A DNA stretch of 32,000 nucleotides from Edaphobacter aggregans (GTDB taxonomy: Bacteria > Acidobacteriota > Terriglobia > Terriglobales > Acidobacteriaceae), in NCBI RefSeq assembly GCF_003945235.1, contig NZ_RSDW01000001.1, positions 5,070,001-5,102,000 on the forward strand, given 5' to 3'. This document shows, one piece after another, positions 26,832 through 32,000 of this stretch. Both the position numbers and the translations under genes were made by a program. Under the pieces are notes generated by a model. The model worked only from the letters and a program-made list of their open reading frames with translations, was not told the origin of the DNA and ran no database searches. The stretch's first letter is position 1. Each line of letters begins with the position of its first letter.

Positions 26832-27332
26832 ATGACACTATTGACCGGTTGGGAATCCGTCCGCGAATTATCCGCCATGCAAGACCGCATGAACCGTATG
26901 AACCGTCTTCTCCGTGAGTCGTACAGCCCCGAAGTTCCGGAGGAGGCGTTAACAACCACCTCCCTCGCACCGCCGGTGGACATCTACGAAGACGAGCACA
27001 ACATTATTCTGAAGATTGAAGTCCCGGGCATCGACGAAAAAGACATTGATGTTCGCATTCAGAACCTCACCCTCACCGTTCATGGCGAGCGCAAGATCGA
27101 GAAGGAAGAGAAAGAGGAGAACTTCCGTCGCGTCGAGCGGCAATACGGAAGCTTTACCCGCTCGTTCACGCTTCCCAGCTCCGTGGAGCCGGGGCAAGTG
27201 AGTGCCCGCTGTGACAAGGGCGTGCTGAAGATCAACCTCGCCAAGAAGGCCGAAGCCAAGGCCACGCAGATCAAAGTTAATGTTGGCGGCGAGAAGACCC
27301 TCGAAGCCATAGCTTCCGGCAAGGCCGCGTAA
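26832..27332 (+). CDS. small heat-shock protein, Hsp20/alpha-crystallin family
   Basis: 166-aa track ORF. Alpha-crystallin domain: PPVDIYEDEHNIILKIEVPGIDEKDIDVRIQNLTLTVHGERK...FRRVERQYGSFTRSFTLPSSVEPGQVSARCDKGVLKINL. Confidence 0.9.
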   Translation: MTLLTGWESVRELSAMQDRMNRMNRLLRESYSPEVPEEALTTTSLAPPVDIYEDEHNIILKIEVPGIDEKDIDVRIQNLTLTVHGERKIEKEEKEENFRRVERQYGSFTRSFTLPSSVEPGQVSARCDKGVLKINLAKKAEAKATQIKVNVGGEKTLEAIASGKAA

Positions 27333-27351
27333 AATCAGGAGCCAGTGGCAG

Positions 27352-27387
27352 AAATGGGAGGTGGCTTATACCGCCTCCCATTTTTTT
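27352..27387 (+). terminator. Rho-independent terminator of the Hsp20 gene
   Basis: AAATGGGAGGTGG cttata CCGCCTCCCATTT forms a 13-bp stem with one G-U pair. The T-run has 7 consecutive T (27381-27387), of which the first three pair in the stem. The hairpin starts 20 nt after the stop. Confidence 0.7.
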
Positions 27388-27770
27388 CTCCCTCAGGCCT
27401 TGCGCACCCTGACGCGATGTAATTTGGGCCTCTTCCCGCATCCCAGTTTTTCACCCCCGTTTATATCTACTAAGAATCGAATTTGCCGATAACATAGAAG
27501 CGACGAATGAACACTAACTCGCTCCCCAGCCGCATCGAATAGCTGTACGGTTGCCAGAAGTGGTATAGGTCGATTAAAGCGCAATCGAGGGAAGGGGGTC
27601 CGCTCAACAAAAGCGGGAGACGCGAGGAAGAAGATAGCCCCGAAAATACACTCCTCGACACAATCAGTTGGAACCGGAAGGGCGGAGCAGAGAGACGTGT
27701 GTGACCACCCTCAGCTGTCGGGATACTATAGAGAGCACGGTTCCTTCTCTGACCAACGACTGAAGCCATC

Positions 27771-28115
27771 ATGACACGCACTGAAGTTTTGCTACGACTC
27801 CAAGCCATTAAAGAAAACGGTGCCAGAGCTCTCAGGCTCCTCGAGTCGAAGCCCCTTTCGACTGCAACAGAAGCTGAAATTCGAAGCCTTACCCAATGGA
27901 TCAAAGACGAGTTGCAGAACGAATATCATCGTATGCTGCCTGAACGAGCACAGAAGGCAATGACCTTATTTGAACGCAGCGTTTACTCGCCCACGATCGA
28001 GGAGACCTGGAAGAAAAGTGGCATCAACCGCCTGAGGACTGATGGGGTTCTCGATCAGAAATGGCAGGAGCCGCTTGAGGCTGTGATTTACAACGCCGGG
28101 AAATACCTATCTTGA
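27771..28115 (+). CDS. hypothetical protein (114 aa, helical)
   Basis: Track ORF MTRTEVLLRLQAIKENGARALRLLESKPL...WQEPLEAVIYNAGKYLS with natural composition. The overlapping minus ORF 27470..27904 is R/S-rich and looks spurious. Confidence 0.5.
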   Translation: MTRTEVLLRLQAIKENGARALRLLESKPLSTATEAEIRSLTQWIKDELQNEYHRMLPERAQKAMTLFERSVYSPTIEETWKKSGINRLRTDGVLDQKWQEPLEAVIYNAGKYLS

Positions 28116-28436
28116 ATCAATGGCCCTGAATGCCTTCATCTCTTCGGCTCGGGGCGCTTCACACGTGTACAGCCACCTCTCGACGCTTCCTGCGCTCAGG
28201 CACGCGGTCGATTGGCACGCTGGTCATCTGCGGCCATTCGCTCGATGATGCTTCGATCAACGCAACTGCGTCGCTCACGGCTGTTGCAATCGAGAAGGCA
28301 GGCTCTTTCTCCGCGGAAAGCAGCGCTGAAGCAGCCTGGCAGAGCGAGCAACTTCGTTCCGCCGTACTGGATGGTCTCGCGCGAATGATTTTCCTCGCAA
28401 GATGACAACAAAATTATGGTCTGTGTCTTGTGCTTC

Positions 28437-31055
28437 TTATTTCAAGGTCAGGTCGGTGGCTGTTGTGGGCTGGGGGATTGTGGCGGTCCACGGGCTGTTT
28501 GGGGATTTGTTGGATTGCTCTAGTTTTGATTTGGTGGTGGGTGAGGTTAGCTCGTGGGTGGTGGGGTTCCAGCCAAGGGTTTCGATGCGGAGTTGATGCC
28601 ACCAGGGTTTGAAGTTGCCTTCGGGTGCGGCTATGTGGATGGTGAGGGAGCCGTCGGGTTTTAGCTCGCAGGTGAAGTTCATGCGGAGGTATTGGCCGTT
28701 GCGGAAGGCGAAGGATTTGCCGTCGTCCTGGTAGAGGGTGCCGTGGCAGTCGTTGCCGGCGTAGACGCGGAGGGTGAGAGGGCCGTTGGGGATTTCTTCG
28801 GTGTTTTGTGTGAGGGGTGAGATGGGGATGATGGAACCGGCGCGGACGTAGACGGGCAGGTCGGCGAGGGTGGGGATGATCATCAAGGGATGGCTGGCTG
28901 TGACGATGCCGGGTATGGCCTTGGTTTCAGGCTTGGGTTGGGTCTTGGTTTGAGTTTCTGTCTTCGGTTGGGTTTCGGTTTGGGCTTTGACTGCTGGGGA
29001 GTCGCGTTGCTCGAGGTCGCGGGCGGCGATTTTTTCGCTGCGATCGATGCGTTCGCCGGTCCAGTAGTCGTACCAGATGCCGGGTGGGAGATGGACTTCG
29101 TACGGGGCTACTTCTTCGGGGGAGGGATTGGGGGCGACGAGGAGGTCGGGGCCGAAGAGGAATTCGCTGCCTGCGTCGAGGTCGATCGGGTGGCCGTCGG
29201 TGGTGGCGTTGGGGAACTCGAGGAAGAGCGGGCGCATGATGGGAAGGCCGTCGCGGGAGGTCTCCTCGGCGGTGGTGTAGAGGTAGGGCATGAGGCGGTA
29301 ACGCTCTTCGATGTAGCGGCGGCGGATGTCCTCCTGCTCGGGGCCGTCGGCCCAGGGTTCGTGGGGATGGCTGCCTTTGACGGCGTGGTCGCGGTAGATG
29401 GGTTGGAAGGCGGCTAGTTCAAGCCATTTGGTGAGGAGGTCGGGTGGGGGTGAGCCAGCGAAGCCGCCAACGTCGGCACCGCTGAGGGAGAAGCCGCTGA
29501 GGCCGAGGTTGACGAGTTGGGGGGTGGTCATACGGAGATGGTTCCAGGTTGAGCTGTTGTCCCCGGTCCATGTGGCTGCGTAACGCTGGCCACCGGCGTA
29601 GCTGGCGCGGGTGAGGACGAAGGGGCGCTGGTCGGGTGCGAGTTTGAGGAGTCCTTCGTAGGTTCCTCGGGAGTTTTGCATGCCGTAGACGTTGTGGATC
29701 TCGAGATGGGTGGCGGTGCGGGGTTGGAAGCCAGTGCCGTCGATGCGGTGCTGGACGTTATCGGGCATGGTCTTGGTGGGATAAGAGAAGACGGCGGGCT
29801 CGTTCATGTCGTTCCAGAAGCCGGCTACGCCGTCGTGGATGAAGTCTTTATAGAGGGTGCCCCACCATTCGCGGCTGCTCTCCTGGGTGAAGTCGGGGAA
29901 GACGGAGGGGCCGGGCCAGACGGGGCCGACGTAGGTGGTGCCGTCTGGATTTTTGACGAAGTGGTCGCCAGCGGTGCCGGTGTCGTAGGGGGCGTAGTTG
30001 GAGTCGGGGACTTTGGCGATGTGGAGGTCGGTGATGAGGACGGTGTGGAAGTTCTTCTCGGCGAGGTCGTGGACCATCTGGGAGAAGTGGGGGAATTTTT
30101 GGGTGTTGACGGTGAAGGGTCGATTCTTTTCCTGGAAGTCGATGTCGAGATAGAGGGCGTCGGCGGGAATGTGGTCGGCTCGGAGGCGATCGGCGATGCC
30201 CCTTAGTTCGGTGTCGGTGTAGTAGCTATAGCGGGATTGCTGGAAGCCGAGTGTCCAGAGGGGAGGCAGCGGCGTGGGGCCGGTGAGCCATGCGTAAGTT
30301 TCGACTACTTTTTTGGGGTCGGGGCCGTAGAGGAGGTAGTAGTCGACGGGGCCGTCGGGGGCGCTGAAGGTGTAGTCGTTGACGGACTGGTGGCCGAAGT
30401 CGAAGAAGGTGCGGAAGGTGTTGTCGAAGAGGACGCCCAGGGCGCGGGCGGCGCGGTAGTCGATGAAGAAGGGGATGGATTTGTAGATGGGGTCGGTGGA
30501 CTCCTGCCAGCCGAAGGAGTCGGTGTTCCACATGGTGAAGGACCGGCCTGCGCGATCGAGGGGGCCGGGCTTGTCGCCGAGACCGAAGAAGTGGGAGTCG
30601 GGGGATTTTTGCTTGTCGATGACGAAGCTGTTGCCGCGCCACTCGATGGGGTGGGCGTCCTGCTGGAGGATGGTTCCGCTGAGGTCGGCGACGGTGAGGC
30701 GGAGGTCGGGGGTGAAGGTGACGCGGAGGGCTTTGGTCTCGAAGCCAGTGGGGGAGGGCGTGACTGTGACGGTGGAGGTGCGGGCTTCGGGAAGGACCGC
30801 CCAGGAAGCGTCTGCGGGGAGCTGGCCGGAGTGTCCGGCGCGGACGCGAAGGACGTCGTCGCGGAGGGCGGTGACCTGAAGGATGGTGGTGCCGGAGGTA
30901 AGCTCGATTCCATTGGGGAGGGCTTTGAGCTGGGGCGCGCTGGCAGTTTGGGCCGGGGCGGTGAGGCAAATGCCAAGAAGGGCTGCAGGCAGCAGCGCGG
31001 GGAGCCGGACAACATTCATTGTGCAAGACAAACTCATTCGGCTGGGTCGTCGCAA
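28437..31055 (-). CDS. glycoside hydrolase family 31 (alpha-glucosidase/alpha-xylosidase-like), secreted
   Basis: 872-aa track ORF. GH31 nucleophile block GFWNDMNEPAVF and acid/base block AATWTGDNSSTWNHL. Signal peptide MNVVRLPALLPAALLGICLTAPAQTA; the true start may be ATG 31019. Confidence 0.9.
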   Translation of the reverse strand: MRRPSRMSLSCTMNVVRLPALLPAALLGICLTAPAQTASAPQLKALPNGIELTSGTTILQVTALRDDVLRVRAGHSGQLPADASWAVLPEARTSTVTVTPSPTGFETKALRVTFTPDLRLTVADLSGTILQQDAHPIEWRGNSFVIDKQKSPDSHFFGLGDKPGPLDRAGRSFTMWNTDSFGWQESTDPIYKSIPFFIDYRAARALGVLFDNTFRTFFDFGHQSVNDYTFSAPDGPVDYYLLYGPDPKKVVETYAWLTGPTPLPPLWTLGFQQSRYSYYTDTELRGIADRLRADHIPADALYLDIDFQEKNRPFTVNTQKFPHFSQMVHDLAEKNFHTVLITDLHIAKVPDSNYAPYDTGTAGDHFVKNPDGTTYVGPVWPGPSVFPDFTQESSREWWGTLYKDFIHDGVAGFWNDMNEPAVFSYPTKTMPDNVQHRIDGTGFQPRTATHLEIHNVYGMQNSRGTYEGLLKLAPDQRPFVLTRASYAGGQRYAATWTGDNSSTWNHLRMTTPQLVNLGLSGFSLSGADVGGFAGSPPPDLLTKWLELAAFQPIYRDHAVKGSHPHEPWADGPEQEDIRRRYIEERYRLMPYLYTTAEETSRDGLPIMRPLFLEFPNATTDGHPIDLDAGSEFLFGPDLLVAPNPSPEEVAPYEVHLPPGIWYDYWTGERIDRSEKIAARDLEQRDSPAVKAQTETQPKTETQTKTQPKPETKAIPGIVTASHPLMIIPTLADLPVYVRAGSIIPISPLTQNTEEIPNGPLTLRVYAGNDCHGTLYQDDGKSFAFRNGQYLRMNFTCELKPDGSLTIHIAAPEGNFKPWWHQLRIETLGWNPTTHELTSPTTKSKLEQSNKSPNSPWTATIPQPTTATDLTLK
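28920..28982 (-). repeat. imperfect short tandem repeat encoding a T/Q/P/K/E low-complexity stretch inside the GH31 gene
   Basis: The coding strand reads Q-TETQ-PKTE-TQTK-TQPK-PETK (ACC GAA ACC CAA CCG AAG ACA GAA ACT CAA ACC AAG ACC CAA CCC AAG CCT GAA ACC AAG), i.e. variations on a 12-nt unit. Confidence 0.6.
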
Positions 31056-31150
31056 TGAACGGGCATACTTCTCTAGATCATTTTTGTATCAACTGATAAA
31101 TACCTTTTAAATGAATGAGAAAGAGATTGGCTTGAACTGGTGGCGAGGGA

Positions 31151-31999
31151 TTATTTGCCGTCGAGATCGATGGAATAGAGGTTGCCGGTGGAAGAACGGG
31201 AGCGCACCAGGGGGACGTTGTCGGGGGTTATGCCGCAGAAAAAGTAATCGGCAGTCTCGCCGGTGCGGAAACTGGCGAGGTCGGCTACCTGCTGGAGCTG
31301 GCCGCTGGGGACGTCGACCCGGTAGATGGGCTGGGTGGGCGACATGAAGGCGTGGATGTAGATGGCTTTGCTGTCGGCGCTCCAGACGGGGTCGGCTACG
31401 GAGGTTTCGGCGAGGAGGCGCCAGGTGCGGGTGGCGACGTCGTAGAGCATAAGCCGGCGCTGGTCGAGGGAGATGGCGGCGATGTAACGGCCGTCGGGGG
31501 ACCAGCGGGGAGAGAAGAGACCCTCGGAACCGGGGACGGGCGTGATGCTGTGGGTGTGGAGGTTGAGTATCTGGATGGCGCGGGAGCCGCTCTCTTTGCC
31601 CATGAGATCGGGGACTCGGCCGAAGACAAGGGATTGGCCGTCGGCGGACCAGTCGGGGTCGCCGGCGTTGCGGTTTTCAGGATGAAGGGGCTGGGGGCTG
31701 CCGCCGTCCGCGGGGACGGAGTAAAGCTGCCAGGCTTGGCCAGGCTCGCGGGCCATGATGGCGAGCTGCTGGCCGTCGGGTGACCAATGGGCGAGGAAGA
31801 CCTGCATGGAGTCGGGAGTGAGCTGAAGCTCCTCTTCGCCGTTGACGCGGGCCCGCCAGAGACGGCCCTTGGCGTCGGTCCATGTGACCCATTGCTGGTC
31901 GCGGGAGAAGTTGACGCGGTTGGCCTGCGAAAGAAATGTGTTTAAGGGAATAAATTCGCGTTTATCGGTGGCGTAACGGAGGAGCTCCGATTTGTTGTC
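31151..31999 (-). CDS. PD40/WD40-like beta-propeller (TolB-like) protein, C-terminal part; gene runs off the right edge
   Basis: Track ORF 31151..31807 has repeated SPDG/SADG blades (HWSPDGQQLAI, DPDWSADGQSLVF, SPRWSPDGRYIAA, DPVWSADSKAIY). The same frame stays open upstream to the window end (hand-read ..DNKSELLRYATDKREFIPL...FSRDQQWVTWTDAKGRLWRARVNGEEELQLTPDSM..). Confidence 0.8.
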   Translation of the reverse strand, partial: DNKSELLRYATDKREFIPLNTFLSQANRVNFSRDQQWVTWTDAKGRLWRARVNGEEELQLTPDSMQVFLAHWSPDGQQLAIMAREPGQAWQLYSVPADGGSPQPLHPENRNAGDPDWSADGQSLVFGRVPDLMGKESGSRAIQILNLHTHSITPVPGSEGLFSPRWSPDGRYIAAISLDQRRLMLYDVATRTWRLLAETSVADPVWSADSKAIYIHAFMSPTQPIYRVDVPSGQLQQVADLASFRTGETADYFFCGITPDNVPLVRSRSSTGNLYSIDLDGK

Positions 32000-32000
32000 G

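Noticed and set aside
27470-27904. 144-aa minus-strand ORF overlapping the 114-aa plus-strand ORF
   Set aside because: Its R/S/L-rich composition is typical of antisense frames, while the plus-strand product looks like a genuine helical protein.
28130-28411. Competing ORFs 28130..28405 (+) and 28196..28411 (-), plus a start-less open minus frame between the hypothetical gene and the GH31 stop
   Set aside because: None has a convincing start/RBS or recognisable motif, and they are mutually exclusive. The region is left unannotated.
28890-31058. Multiple long ORFs inside the GH31 locus (30226..31026, 30305..31015, 30237..31058, 29676..30206, 28890..29417)
   Set aside because: They are Gly/Val/Ala/Pro/Arg-rich alternative-frame or antisense shadows of the 872-aa GH31 ORF, which carries the family catalytic motifs.
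1-32000. Search by eye for CRISPR arrays, tRNA/rRNA genes, integrase genes and long direct or inverted repeats flanking the accessory patch
   Set aside because: I found no regularly spaced repeats, no cloverleaf-like segments in the intergenic regions and no intact recombinase. Visual scanning cannot exclude short att repeats, which need computational repeat detection.

Overview
32 kb chromosomal window from a moderately high-GC bacterium. The gene repertoire (PD40/TolB-like propeller, TPR-CHAT, GH31, 7TM-DISM PP2C sensor, SagB-like dehydrogenase) fits an Acidobacteria-like soil organism, but that is a weak inference. All calls come from reading the six-frame track and hand-translating selected stretches; no database search was run.

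Layout, left to right:
(1) A minus-strand run of small unknown ORFs ending in a partial SRAP/YedK-like gene at the left edge.
(2) A frameshifted AraC-family regulator, divergent from a polytopic membrane protein and a secreted Amidohydro_3-type hydrolase.
(3) A partner-switching signalling cluster: GAF-PP2C phosphatase, an RsbW-like kinase fused to a STAS antagonist domain, and a 7TM-DISM PP2C phosphatase. It has no sigma factor and contains a transposase-like remnant.
(4) A patch of decayed and accessory genes: a multiply frameshifted DUF1016/YhcG PD-(D/E)XK nuclease, a truncated GT1 glycosyltransferase, a DUF932-like gene, a TPR-CHAT protease overlapping a PDZ-S41 peptidase, and a doubly frameshifted VapC.
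(5) A SulP/STAS anion transporter.
(6) A tetR(frameshifted)-hlyD-ABC ATPase-ABC-2 permease operon.
(7) An orphan SagB-type dehydrogenase divergent from an Hsp20 gene, whose Shine-Dalgarno sits in a thermometer-like hairpin.
(8) A GH31 glycosidase with a low-complexity insertion, and a partial TolB-like beta-propeller gene at the right edge.

I found no rRNA, tRNA or CRISPR array.

The best candidate for an undescribed system is the TPR-CHAT + S41 protease pair in the decayed island. The sigma-less kinase-STAS fusion partner-switch is second.
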